Part shown: in pieces, positions 1-13,059 of the stretch
How positions within the stretch are numbered: the first letter of the stretch is position 1
Layout: each line of letters starts with the position of its first letter
Assembly (NCBI GenBank): GCA_964016885.1
Contig: OZ024742.1
Span: 73,284,001 to 73,348,000 of the forward strand
Origin: Eledone cirrhosa
Taxonomy: Eukaryota
Reading direction: 5' to 3'
Length of the DNA: 64,000 nucleotides
The notes under the pieces: model-generated
What the model saw: the letters and a program-made list of their open reading frames with translations, nothing else
Told to the model about the DNA's origin: nothing
Databases searched by the model: none
Made by a program: the position numbers and the translations under genes

Positions 1-186
1 AGAGATCAATAAGTGAGGAATTATAGAAATCAATATTGAAGTTTGAAATGGAAAATATATTTGTGTCTGAATGGTTGTGTATGTGTGTGTGAATGATTGT
101 GTGTGCGATGTATTGATTTATCTGTATGCATATATATATATATGAATTACATGTGTGTATGTGTGTCTGTGTGTGGGGGAAGTGTG

Positions 187-221
<35 letters not shown>

Positions 222-530
222 CAATTGTGTATGTGTGGAGGGGAAAGAGATTTCTGTCGAATCAATGAATAATTTTTTTTAGAGAAGTAGAGAAGGAAAG
301 ATGAGAGGGGAGATGAGGAGGAGAGAAGAGGAGAGGAGATGAGAGAGGAGGAAATTGAGATGAGAGGGAGGAGAAGAGAAGAGTAGGGGGATGAGGGAGA
401 AAAAGAGGAGGAGGAGGAGGAGGAGGAGGAGGAGGAGGAGAGAAGATGACCAACTGATAATGAAAGTATTGTTATTAATACTTCGAAGTTAAGTACCCTT
501 CAGTGTAACTGAATTTCAGATGAGCCCAAA

Positions 531-1965
531 TACATTTGACAGTGGGGTTCTAGCTGGACATATTTGCCAGTGGGGTTGAAACTGGACATATTTGACAGTG
601 GGGTTCTAGCTGGACATATTTGCCAGTGGGGTTGAAACTGGACATATTTGACAGTGGGGTTCTAGCTGGACATATTTGCCAGTGGGGTTGAAACTGGACA
701 TATTTGACAGTGGGGCTCTAACTGGACATATTTGACAGTGGGGCTTTAACTGGACATATTTGGCAGTGGGGCTCTAACTGGACATATTTGACAGTGGGGC
801 TTTAACTGAACATATTTGGCAGTGGGGTTGTAACTGGACATATTTGGCAGTGGGGCTTTAACTGGACATATTTGGCAGTGGGGCTCTAACTGGACATATT
901 TGGCAGTGGGGCTCTAACTGGATATATTAGACAGTGGGGGTTGTAACTGGATATATTTGACAGTGGGGCTCTAACTGGACATATTTGACAGTGGGGCTTT
1001 AACTGAACATATTTGGCAGTGGGGTTGTAACTGGACATATTTGGCAGTGGGGCTTTAACTGGACATATTTGGCAGTGGGGCTCTAACTGGACATATTTGG
1101 CAGTGGGGCTCTAACTGGACATATTTGACAGTGGGCCTTTAACTGGACATATTCGGCAGTGGGGCTCTAACTGGATATATTAGACAGTGGGGGTTGTAAC
1201 TGGATATATTTGACAGTGGGGCTTTAACTGGACATATTTGGCAGTGGGGCTCTAACTGGACATATTTGACAGTGGGCCTTTAACTGGACATATTTGGCAG
1301 TGGGGCTCTAACTGGATATATTAGACAGTGGGGGTTGTAATTGGATATATTTGACAGTGGGGCTCTAACTGGACATATTTGACAGTGGGGCTTTAACTGG
1401 ACATATTTGGCAGCGGGGCTCTAACTGGATATATTTGGCAGTAGGGCTCTAACTGGACATATTTGACAGTGGGGCTCTAACTGGACATATTTGACAGTGG
1501 GGCTTTAACTGGACATATTTGGCAGTGGGGCTTTAACTGGACATATTTGGCAGTGGGGTTGTAACTGGACATATTTGACAGTGGGCCTTTAACTGGACAT
1601 ATTTGGCAGTGGGGCTCTAACTGGATATATTAGACAGTGGGGGTTGTAACTGGATATATTTGACAGTGGGGCTCTAACTGGACATATTTGACAGTGGGGC
1701 TTTAACTGGACATATTTGGCAGCGGGGCTCTAACTGGATATATTTGGCAGTGGGGCTCTAGTTGGATATATTTGACAGTGGAGTTCTAATTGGACATATT
1801 TGGCAGTGGGGCTCTAAATGAACATATTTGACAGTGGGGCTCTAGCTGGACATAATTGACAGTGGGGTTGTAACTGGACATATTTGACAGTGGTGTTCTA
1901 ACTTGACATATTTAGCAGTGAGGCTCTAACTGGACATATTTAACAGTGGCGCTCTAACTGGACAC
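531..1965. repeat. 28-bp minisatellite, about 50 copies (consensus GACATATTTGACAGTGGGGCTCTAACTG)
   Basis: Head-to-tail units with no unique spacers; variant units recur in blocks. Confidence 0.97.
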
Positions 1966-2330
1966 AGCATGACACTGGTTAAAAAGATTGATTTGCATTT
2001 ATGAGTATCTATGTTCAACTTCACTGTGTGACATCTTGAGCAAATATCTTTTACCATAGCCTTCAGTTGAGCCAAGTTTTGTGAATAAAATTGGCTAGAA
2101 GGTAGCTGTTTAGAAGCCCTTTAGATGAATGATATCTGTAAAGCAATGGACCAACCCTGTGATATATTCTGTCATGCTGATTCTATCTGAGGATTAACTT
2201 AGGAATACATGTCAGTGGAATACTCAATTGCTTAAACAATTTGAAAACTTAGTGTTGTAACTAATGGAGACCCATTTACTAGAGTGTACTGATGTCTGAT
2301 GGTACAGACTTTCATTCATACATAACCAAT
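1965..2330 (+). mobile_element. Decayed SINE fragments
   Basis: Degenerate B-box/core-like segment at about 2010-2120. The 2145-2260 segment resembles the reverse complement of the SINE bodies at 33425-33700 and 59220-59520. Confidence 0.5.
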
Positions 2331-2363
2331 AAGCTATCAATATTACAACATAAATAGAAAATA

Positions 2364-3225
2364 CTAGCTGAATGACCAGGCGTTGCCCGCGTTACTGCTG
2401 TTCTTATTCAGATTAGTAAACAATAAATATGACGATATATTTTTTTCTCATAATTATTTCAAAATATATATATTTTATGAAAAAATATCCAAATTGTAAT
2501 GATAATAGAATTTAGAAATGAAAATCTGTCAATCTTGAAGCACCCCAGGGTAAACAATATTCATTGTGTAATTTTTTGTTGGTGTCCAAATGAATAAATT
2601 GTTGCTGCTTCCAAATGAGCAACCAACATAGAGTTGACTGTGGGAGAAACATGTAGTAAAGAGATCAAGTCCAACTACCTTGAGGTATTGACCCTAAGAT
2701 TTGCTAACTGAAATAACAAAACTTATAAAAAACACACACAGACATACATTCATACAAACACACAGTTTCACCCCAAGCGTTTATGTTAGTCGTCACAGAA
2801 ATGTATGTATACTCACACACACATACACTCTCATATACACTCACACACATATACTTGTCAGTCATTACATGTGTAGATGTGTGTGTGTCTTTAATTCTTT
2901 GCATATCTGATTAAATATTTACGTGAAGATGTATGTGTATGTAACTTACTAAGACCTAATGTATGTAACAAACGCATAAACATACATACACACTCATATA
3001 CAAAATGTAACGTTGTCGTTGTCATAGTGTTATAACATGTCCGTTTATTATAGTTAACTATAGAAAGATTATTTTAGATAAGATGTTATATTGTTTTAAT
3101 CCAAATGAAAATAAAAATTAGATGTTGTTAATCCCGGAGTCTAAAAATTTGATTTGATTTGGTCGTGTCATTTTAGAATGCATAAGGAAAAGACAGACAG
3201 ACAAAGAACTTTATATATATAGAGA
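2364..3225 (-). mobile_element. Non-autonomous Helitron (internal deletion derivative)
   Basis: Minus strand begins A|TCTCTATATATATAAAG and ends CGGGCAACGCCTGG (GC hairpin)...CTAG|T. These are canonical TC/CTAG termini inserted between A and T without a TSD. Confidence 0.9.
2529..2723 (-). pseudogene. Helitron RepHel PIF1-family helicase C-terminal remnant
   Basis: Translates SFVISVSKS*GQYLKVVGLDLFTTCFSHSQLYVGCS...NIVYPGVLQD*, matching helicase motifs V/VI (TINKSQGQ...FSHGQLYVACSRV...NIVY). One stop and a frameshift. Confidence 0.88.
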
Positions 3226-3689
3226 TTAAAATCACCACCCATCTCTCATATTATTAGGTTAACATTATCAAGGTAGCTTTTATATCATTGGAAATAGCAG
3301 CCAAATCACCCTCAAATCCCACTTTACAGTCCTAGAAACATAAAGAACATATTCAATAATGTAATGTAAGATGCACAATGTCTGGAAAAATGATTCAATC
3401 ATCACAGCTGAAATATGTTTGACCATTCGTCAGTTTGACCAGTTTTTACCTAGGGCTTAACAAAAACAAAGAATTAAGATTTATTAAGATGAATAGTAAA
3501 TGATAATGAAAATATTTACAATTCAAGCAGCATTCCAAATTGCTATTTTTCTCTAGTTATGTAGAAATGAAAACATGCTATAAGGTTGGATCATTGAGTC
3601 TCCACAGATGGATAATGTAATCAGGTTTCAAGAGTTAGATACAAGATCAGTCTAAGTCTTTTTTGAGGCCTGAAGCACTTAATAGATCC

Positions 3690-4000
3690 CCTACATAACT
3701 AGCTACAGGGGTATCCCATCAATATTGAACCTACATAGCTTGTTGCAAGTTACCTTTAATCTCTATCAAGGATCCTCCATCAATACTGAACCTTGTTACA
3801 AGTTACCTTTGATCTATAGCAGGATTCCCCATCAGTACTGAACCTACATAACTTACTGAAGGGGGTCCCATCAATACTGAATCTTGTTGCAAGTTACCTC
3901 TATTCTATAGCAGAGGTCCCCATCAATACTGAACCTTACTGAAAGTTACCTTTATTCTATAGTGGGGGTCCCCATCAACAACAAACCTACATAGCTTGTC
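3690..4000. repeat. Degenerate tandem repeat with 40-60 bp units
   Basis: CCCATCAATACTGAACCT-like motif recurs about 6 times. Confidence 0.75.
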
Positions 4001-4734
4001 ACGGAGGCCTCCAAAGTGGCTGATATCAATTCCCCAGGGGTTGATGGGACTATCCAACAGGCTGGTTGAACTTTTGAGCCAAAACTTGACATTTGTGTAA
4101 GAAATTAAAATAAATAAAATTATACAATAAAATACAACTTACTTATAGTACAGGTTTCTGATTTATATTTCATTTATTTCATATTTATTGTCTATTTATT
4201 TTATATTGTTTACTGATTTATGTATTTATTTATTACTATACATGCCTGGTATCGATGAGGGGTCAAGAATTCTACGAAGGGGTTGGTGGTCTAAAATCTT
4301 TGATGATGTCTTACAAATGCTAAGGTTTTGACTTTTTATTAGTTCTGGGTCCCCAAATTTAGTAAAGGGTTTTAAAGTATTGAAGTGACTTTGTCTTTAT
4401 AATGAACCTCAAAGAAAGTAAGTTCAGTGATCTTTGTTTATTTTTTAAAGACTTAGTCAAGAAGAAGGGCAGTACTGATGAGACTTTTCATGGTATCCGA
4501 AACTGGCAGAAGGGAGAGAGGAAAGTATACTCAAGCCAAAAAGATGGCCTAAATGCCTGCAATACAATGAACTCAGCGAAAAGCATCCAAGGGTTATGTG
4601 ATCGTGATGAATTAGGTTACAGATTGAGTCTACTACTCAAGTAATCCACAGCAAGATTTTACTTCAGAACACAAAGAATCAGCAATACTACAAGTTATTC
4701 CATACAATGCCCCAAGAATTCTGCAAGTCCACCA

Positions 4735-4880
4735 TTCTAGACTGATATTTTATTTATTGACCTTGGAAAGATGAAAGGTATAGTGGACATCAGTAAGATT
4801 TGAACTCAGAATGCATGGAACAAGGATACATACTGCAACATATTTCACTCACTGCTTTAACCCTTTTGTCAATTCGCTGC
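4735..4880 (-). mobile_element. Decayed tRNA-derived SINE (family A)
   Basis: GATGAAAGG...GATTTGAACTCAGAA is shared with the clear copies at 28902 and 40209. Confidence 0.7.
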
Positions 4881-5338
4881 TGAGAAAGAGAAACAATAGA
4901 TCCTAATATTTTTCTTATTTCCTTTCCCAAATTCTTAAAAACCACAAATTATCAACAAACAATTTCTTCAGCTTGTGGTGATTGAAACGTTTGAGAGAGT
5001 TGGGCTGCTGACAATGAGGTTTTTTTCATTGTTTATGACTTGTCTTAAAAGTATATCAAGTAATGCCCGAGGGGGTGCTTGGTAATTCCTGTCTTACTCT
5101 TGCTACTCCCTGTGGCAATGCCATGTGTTGGCTTGCCTCAAAATCTATCAGTGGGAAACTCCAGCACCTGTTGTTGCAGTTTATAACTGAGTGTGCATGT
5201 ATACTCATGCTTTCTTTTGTTTTACATACACTGAAAGGGAGAGTGAGAGGGGAAGAAAGAGTACAAGAAGGAGAGAGATTGAGAGAAGGTGAGTGACTGA
5301 ACAAGAGTGAGTGGAAGAAGAGGAAGGAAAGAAAGTGG

Positions 5339-5810
<472 letters not shown>

Positions 5811-6171
5811 TATATATATATATATACCGTATTTTCAATTCTGAGCTCATAAAATCTTAGTTTAGAGAAATATTTCCAAATTCTTTACTTTTTCTAAAAG
5901 TTGTTTAACAGTAGAGAGGTAACTTAACATTAAATAAGAACAGACTTTTAAAATACAAATTATCTCAAGTTCAATAACCTATAAAATAAGGAACCCACCA
6001 AAAATAAGCATATTCTGGACCATATCCAAAAATTACAATGAACTATCATCATCATCACTGTTTAACATCCATCTAAAAAGTGAATATCTACTTGTTTGAA
6101 TGTTAAAAACATAAGATAGGTTGGTCATAGATGGAGCATCTTTGATTATAAGTCTGCTGCAACAGAGTTAA

Positions 6172-6414
6172 CCCTTTTCTTACCATATTTCTAATCGAAC
6201 ATGCTGCCTATGATTTTCAAATAATAAAGTATTTAGAGGCATTTAGCAATACAACTAACTTTTCATTATTAATCTTTTAATTGGAACATAATTTAACAAA
6301 GGTTCTTACACAAAATTATGTCAGAGATGTTTTATATACATATAAACACTTTGAAATAAACAGTTTTATATCATGGAACCAGAAGTGGTTTCAGGTGGTT
6401 TGATATAAAAAAAG
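6172..6414. mobile_element. TTAA-specific (piggyBac-type) MITE
   Basis: TTAA|CCCTTTTCTTACCA...TTGATATAAAAAAAG|TTAA. Related pieces occur at about 13065-13224, 32840-33042 and 56625-58071. Confidence 0.75.
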
Positions 6415-7141
6415 TTAAACAACTTCATCAACCACACAATCCTAACCAATCCTTCCTTCCTAAAATCAGAATCACCCAAGCATGAAATGGATTTAGACAC
6501 TGTCCCAACCCTACTCTCCATCAGATTGCAAAAGAACAACAACAAAATTAAATAAATTCTGTGAAATTCTTGTTTTAATTTCACTTGAGAGATTCTTTGA
6601 CTGTAAAGTTACATGTGTAGATTGTTGCTGTTGTTGTGTGAGTTTATATAAATATATATATATTAATTTAATTATAATTTATAACTCTACAAAGTTAATT
6701 GTCTCTGATACAGTTTACCCATGCTAGTGTGGAAAATGGATGTAAAACGATGATGATGATATATAGTGGGGAATGAAGTGCAGTGGAAAAGGATATCAAG
6801 CCCAAAGTGTGGCCTGTTTGTAGAAATCCATTTTCTCAAATTAAATTTGGTTCATATTACATTCACAGCTGGGAGAATATAATTTTCCAGGTAAGAGGAA
6901 GGAGTAAAGCTCCACTGCTCCACTCTCTACCATGGCTATTGGCTTGCATCATGGACTGCATGCCCTGCTTTCCAAGTCACCCTTCGCCACGGTGTAACTA
7001 CAGTTACAGACGGTTTGCTATTTTAAGCACTCAATGTTTTTACAAGGTCCGTCTTGTGGTGAGTTGTATTGCAGAGTTAAGGTGGCTGTAGTGAGCAGAG
7101 TATAGATAAAAGTTCCTACTTGCACACACACACACAAAGTA

Positions 7142-7391
7142 GTCATGTAGGTGTCACAACAAAAAGCACCCAGTTCACACTGTAAAGTGGTCGTGTAGGA
7201 GACACAGCAAAAAGTACCCAGCTAACACTGTAAATGTGGTTGGCGTTAAGAAGGGCATCCAGCTATAGAAAACCAGCCAGAAACAGTCCTATACGAGCGA
7301 AACACGGTCACCCGACCAAACTTACCTCAAATGTGTCAAACCCGTCTAAACCATGCTACGTGGAAGATAGACGTTAAATGATGATGATGAT
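7142..7391 (+). mobile_element. SINE 3' part (family C) ending in (TGA)n
   Basis: Matches copies at 7697, 37485 and 42725; ends GACGTTAAATGATGATGA. Confidence 0.85.
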
Positions 7392-7480
7392 ATATATATA
7401 TATATATATATGTTTATCCTTGGTTCAATCGGGGGTAACCACAGTAAGTAAGGTACTTAATACATAGCAGAGTATAAATA

Positions 7481-7615
7481 TTTAATATAGAAATGGCTTC
7501 TACAGGATTAGAACTGTTTCATTTGGAAGAAATCATCAGGAAAGCCCAGGGCCTTCCTGATGATTTCTTCTGAATGAAACAGTTCTAGTCCTGTAGAAGC
7601 CATTTCTATATTAAA
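7481..7615. ncRNA. Palindrome carrying a type I hammerhead-ribozyme-like motif on each strand
   Basis: Plus strand: stem I CTTC/GAAG, CTGATGA 7557-7563, GAAA 7576-7579, stem III ACAG/CTGT, GTA triplet 7593-7595. A mirror copy lies on the minus strand. Stem II is weak (U-U closing pair). Confidence 0.7.
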
Positions 7616-7696
7616 AATGCAGTAATACAGGAGACCCGACTTCCCATGGGAACAAGCCGAAGCCGAACCATATAGACAATATGCCCCTTCCCCTCC

Positions 7697-7972
7697 CACT
7701 GCAAAGTGGTCATGGAGGTGTCACGACAAAAAAGCACCCAGACCACACTGTAAAGTGGACGTGTAGGCGCCATGGAAAAAAAGCACCCAGCACTCACTGT
7801 AAATGAGGTTGGTGTTAGGAAAGGCATCCAGCTGTAGAAATCAAGCCAAAATCAGTTCCCATATGAGTAAGACAAGGTCACCCGATCTAACATTACCCAC
7901 AACAGGACAACCCGTCTAACCCATGCTAGCATGGAAGAATGGATGTAAAACGGTGGTGATGATGATGATGAT
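7697..7972 (+). mobile_element. SINE 3' part (family C)
   Basis: Same tail motifs and a (GAT)n end. Confidence 0.85.
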
Positions 7973-9209
7973 TTTGATTGATATATATATATAATAATAT
8001 AGATGAGGTGTTCAACTTTTATTACATTTATTGAGGTATGATGCACATTTCGCAACTCATCAACTCAAGGTTCAATCTGTATTGATCAGACCCGACTCTG
8101 AAATCAAAAGCTCATCAAACATATATATATATATATCAAGTGGATTTACTTGGAAACTTATCTTGTAATGTATTATCTTATATAATGACAAAATTAAAAG
8201 AATAAATTGTTATATAAATAATATTAGTTACAAGATTCAGAAAAGATATAGTAAATAGCAATCTATGAGGAATCTCAGGAAATTCCTGATTGAGCAAAGA
8301 TTCATAAAAAATAAATACTGAAATAAACAAACAAATACGGTATTGCTATTTGATGTAATTAAATTATGTGCAATTTTCTGTTCGTTAGGAGTTATTGATG
8401 AATCAGATGAGATAATTGTTTTTAATTGCCATTCTCACTTTTTTCTTTATTTTTTTTAAAACTTTGCTATAACAATAATAAAAGAAAATATCACACTCAG
8501 CGTTAAAAAAAAATTGAAAATTGAATTCTTGAACAATAAAAGATGTTCAACATTTAAGTTAGGAAAAGTTGATTGTTTTAAAAGTTGACAGCAATTTAAT
8601 TGGTCTGTTAGTATGAGCTTGTAATAAAAATAATTTTACTCCCTGTTGAGGTTAATTAGAATCTCACAGTAGAATATGTTGTATGGATACAGCAATGTTG
8701 ACACCTCTTAAACTAGTGATTTACACACAAGACAGAATGAATTGGTTCATCATATTTGGTTGGTAATCAATGTCAAGCATAATAGATATTAATTATTTGT
8801 CACCAGTGAATGAGGTGAGCAGCTCATAGATAGCTTCCATATTGACAGATTGGATTAATTTTCTGTTAATAAAGCAACAAAACTGTGAAGCTATTCATTT
8901 TAGGTAATGTTATAGTAGAAGTATAAAACTGTTAGGATGAATAGACTTCTCTTTACACACACACACATATACATATATATATATACATACATACACACAC
9001 ACATACATATATTTGTTTCTATGAAAATATCAAGACAATTCCAAGGAAATTCCATGACAAGGCGACATTCTGTAAAAATAACACTATCTGAAGAACTAAA
9101 GACTGGAATACTGAAAATGGTGGGAGAACAGTTTTATGTTTAACGTCCTGTACTGCATCAACCCGCATTAGCAAGACAACTTGAAAATATATAAATGAAC
9201 ATTATGATT

Positions 9210-11770
9210 GCACTCGGCAGAGTTATTCTGCTAGAGAATGGATTGTTGGTGGAAGATAGCAATACAGTCACCAGATATGATGGTCAGTTGCGATATAAGC
9301 GGGCTCCTGCTCAACAAATAAACAACCTTGGACCAACAGCAGTAAGCTACTAAGGCAGATTGAGCAATGGCTGACATTGTTAGCTCCCAAGAAAATTCTC
9401 ACAATCCAGTGATTGTGAGAAAGCTTAGTCTTCACAGGTCTGAGAAAGCTACCAAATTGGTGATTGGCGTGAATGAGACTACCAAAACATAATATGGCTA
9501 GATACAACAAAGGCAATGATATTGCATCATCCTTCGCATGGGATAACAAGGGATGCATTCAGGCCTTAAATAGGGGGGTACTGTTCTGCAGTCTCCATCC
9601 AACGCTGTAAGAAATGGTGATGGGCCTGCGACCTGTCCTGGGAGGTGTGAGATGGAAACACAAAGGTCACATATCCCAAGATCCCAGAGAAGGTATGGAA
9701 GGGAGCAAATCTTGACAATTGGTAAAGGGAACATTACAATCCTTAAAGGCAACGAGAAGAAACTAATGGATGAGGCCAGTTGCTACAGGCTAAATATATT
9801 CACGGTTTCCTCAACAAACTTACATGGCTCTGATAATGTAAATTTAGATGGAGGATGAAAACTCCACTATACCGGTGTGGCACTAGAAATGTCTGCACAG
9901 ACAGGAGTGGGGATACTCACAAGTTCATGGCAGTCAGAATGTGTTATAAACTGGATGACATTAGAAGGAAGGATTTACCTCATGAAGCTTAGGCGGAAAG
10001 ATAAGTCTCTGTGGGTGGTGCAAGTATGTGCACCAAACAAGGAGTCCAAATTCAGATCTTTCTTTAATGAAGTTGCTGTAGCATTAAATGTAGTTATGAC
10101 TGAGTCATATATCCTGATGGGAGACTTCAAAGCTACCTGACATGAAAAGGAGTAATTGGAAGGAACAGCGACCCTGATCTGAATACAAAAGAAGAGGCCT
10201 TATTAGACTTCTGTCCTAGTAAAGGGATCTCTATTATGAACACCTTCTTCCAGCACAAGAGACATCCATAAATACACATAATATTGTCTCTATCTTTGAT
10301 TCTGTGATGGATGTTCATGTTAAGAGAGGAGCTGAGCTGTCAACTGATCACCATCTAGTTATCTACAACCTGAGACTACCTAAAGCAAAGATCGCCCACA
10401 ATACTAGCAGGTCCAGGTCAACCTGTATAAAGTGGAAAACGTTGGTGGATAAGAAAGTCACGAACTGGTTTGCAGATACTATTGCATCCAAATTCAGAGA
10501 ACTCCCTGAGCAGACTAACGGGCATTGAACCGGGGTGGAGACTGTTCAGCATAACAGTTTCTCCTTCAGCTATTAAATACCGCAGGCAAAAGCAACTTGG
10601 TGTGGTGTCAGGTGGACCCCTTGATTCAATCAAGATACCTTCTGAGTTAAGGAGGCTTACAAAGTTTGGCTTGAGAATAATTCCTCCTTCTTACACTTGT
10701 GGTACAAGCAGGTATGAAAAATAACAGCAGAGACAGTAAAAGCATCCAAAGTTATGACATGAGAAAACTTTAGAGTTAAGCAGAAATCCGACTTAAGATC
10801 AGCAAATAAAGTCTTCTGGCAGACCATCCACTAACTTCATACTAAGAAGTCCTTCTCCATACCTGCTATCAGGAATGTGTCTGGGGTTCCCTCTTCAGAG
10901 AGGTGCATCCTCGTGAGGTGGAGAGAATACTATTCTGATTTCCTAAACCCGATCACAACAGCATTTTCTGATGTATACAAGATGTATCTGGGAGTCATGA
11001 CTAACCTCTTGGAGGTTGAGGTCACAAGAGCAATGAAAGAACTCAAATGTGGCAAGACCACTGGGGAGGATGGAATTCAGCTCGAGATGTTAAATGTCTT
11101 AAATAGAGAAGGTATTCTCTGGCAGATTTGTGTGTGCTAGGTGGCCTGGATCTCTGGAAAGGGCAATCAGGAGTGATAATCACAAATTTTCAAAAAGAGA
11201 GACAAGAGAAATTGCTCAAATTTTAGAGGCATATTCTTGTTAAGCCTCCCCAGTAAAGTCTATGCTAAGTGTCTGGCAAAGAGATGTAGGGATATTGTTG
11301 AGTCCAAGCTAGCTGATGAACAGTGTGGGTTTTGCACCAGATGCAGCACAACTGACCAAATATTCACACAGTGAGTATTGCCAAGAAGTATATTCTTGTT
11401 TTATCAACCTTGAGAAAGCATAAGGCTGCGTTCCTCGGGATTTGCTGTGGAAGGCTCTGCAGGAGAATGGGATTGATGGTAAGCTTCTTGCTGCCCTGAT
11501 GTCTCTATACAAATGCCCGAGTATTTGTGTTTGGATAAATGGTGCTAAATCGAAACCATTCAATGTGGGAAGCAGACTTTACAGGTGAAACAAACAGGTA
11601 GGAGACCCAGGGGTAGATACCGAGCATGATGGTTCGATAACATCCATGAGCTTGGCTGGTCACGATCAGTTGGAGATGGTTGCTTCTGACAGGACCCACT
11701 GGAGGGAGTGTTTGAAGACTCTTCCCCCCACAACCCTTTCAAGAATAAGTGGGGGAAGAAGAAAAAAAAA
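9210..11770 (+). mobile_element. Decayed RTE-clade LINE (Expander/Rex3-like), internally deleted
   Basis: APE motifs ILTIGKGNIT..YRLNI, GVGIL, VVQVCAPN, ILMGDF, AELSTDHHLV; RT-proximal GKTTGEDGIQLEML and EQCGF; 3' GAAGAAGAAAA tail. Many stops and frameshifts; 5' boundary approximate. Confidence 0.92.
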
Positions 11771-11790
11771 ATTTAGTGAGAGTTAAATAT

Positions 11791-13059
11791 GCTGTAAAGC
11801 AGGGTTTACTTTGAACATTCGGGACTACTTTGATAAAACACTAAAAACTCTTTATGCCATCATAGTTTCTTAAATATTATTATTTTGGAAAAGATGTCTT
11901 GATAAATCGGAGCCTTCATTATCATTTAAACTTTCTTTTAAAGTATTTCCTTTAAATAACTTTAAACTCTGTAAAAATATGTAAATTATGTAAGACGGCA
12001 CACAGACGCTGAAATATTGACTATCAACTTTCAGTCTAATCAAAGGGAATAAATGTGTATTTTGTATATATTTTTACATTTGATACATTTTTAATATGTT
12101 TTTAATTGATTCTGTAAATTATATTTTAATTGGATGTACAGTTCAGCTACTAAATCCGTGTAATTCAGACTTTGAATGTTTAAAAATGTCCAGTGTTTTT
12201 AGTATTTGTTTCTTGTATACTGTCTTTCTTTTTATTATTATAATTATTTATGATGTATAGCAAAATTTTAATATATTTGCTGGGTTACATATAGCTGAAC
12301 ATCCACTATCTCTATCATCCTGAATTTGGCTGCTATTTCTAGCAAGAGAAATGACCACTTCAATGTATACTTTTTTACCTTTCCCCCTGAATATAGCTGC
12401 TATTTCTGACACGTTTATAGACCACTTCTATGTCTACTTTTTTATCTTTCACCCTTAATTTTGCTGGTCACTTTTACCCTACACTCTGAATTTAGCTGCT
12501 ATGTACAACCAAAATATTTACTTATTTGCTGGGACACAGGGGTAGTGGTCATAAATGTAGAAACTGGTGCCATGAGGCTTGCACTTGCTATGAACATGGC
12601 CAAGACTACTACTATTTATGTGACTTTTGTGAATAAAATGAACATTGTTGATTCATATTTCACACTTCTTAAAAACTGTTTTGAAGTATAATCATATATA
12701 TCACTCCATTAGTCGTATGTATAATTAAATATACTTTTTTGTCGTAATTTCTGTGAAATTTATACTTCAATTAAAATATCAATAAAATGTCTTATACATA
12801 TACCTTTCACTCTGTAATGTATAGTTATGTTTAGTATTCAAAGTAGTCCCAACACAAGGCTACTTTGAAGACTAAACATAACTGTCAATAACTATATAAC
12901 GAATTAAGATATTTTTACAATGTTAGACAAAATTTGCATATGATAGGGCTTCTTTGAATTATCTCTATATTAGCAACATCTGTCAACAAAAAATTGAGCT
13001 ATGTGGCATAAAAGATGCAAAATTAATGAAAATCATTCAAAGTAACCTTGGTATATGGT
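11791..13059 (+). mobile_element. Non-autonomous Tc1/mariner-superfamily (Fot1/pogo-like) DNA transposon
   Basis: Imperfect TIRs GCTGTAAAGCAGGGTTTACTTTGAA and rc ACCATATACCAAGGTTACTTTGAA; subterminal inverted GGGACTACTTTGA (11821) and TCAAAGTAGTCCC (12838); internal PHD-like remnant. Confidence 0.7.
12550..12636 (+). pseudogene. C-terminal PHD-finger remnant of a pogo/Fot1-type transposase
   Basis: Translates HKCRNWCHEACTCYEHGQDYYYLCDFCE*, a C-x2-W-x-H-x2-C...C-D-x-C pattern ending at a stop. Confidence 0.75.

Noticed and set aside
531-1965. CRISPR array (28-bp repeat)
   Set aside because: Units are contiguous with no unique spacers, there are no cas genes, and the context is eukaryotic. 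The same applies to the 33- and 35-bp arrays.
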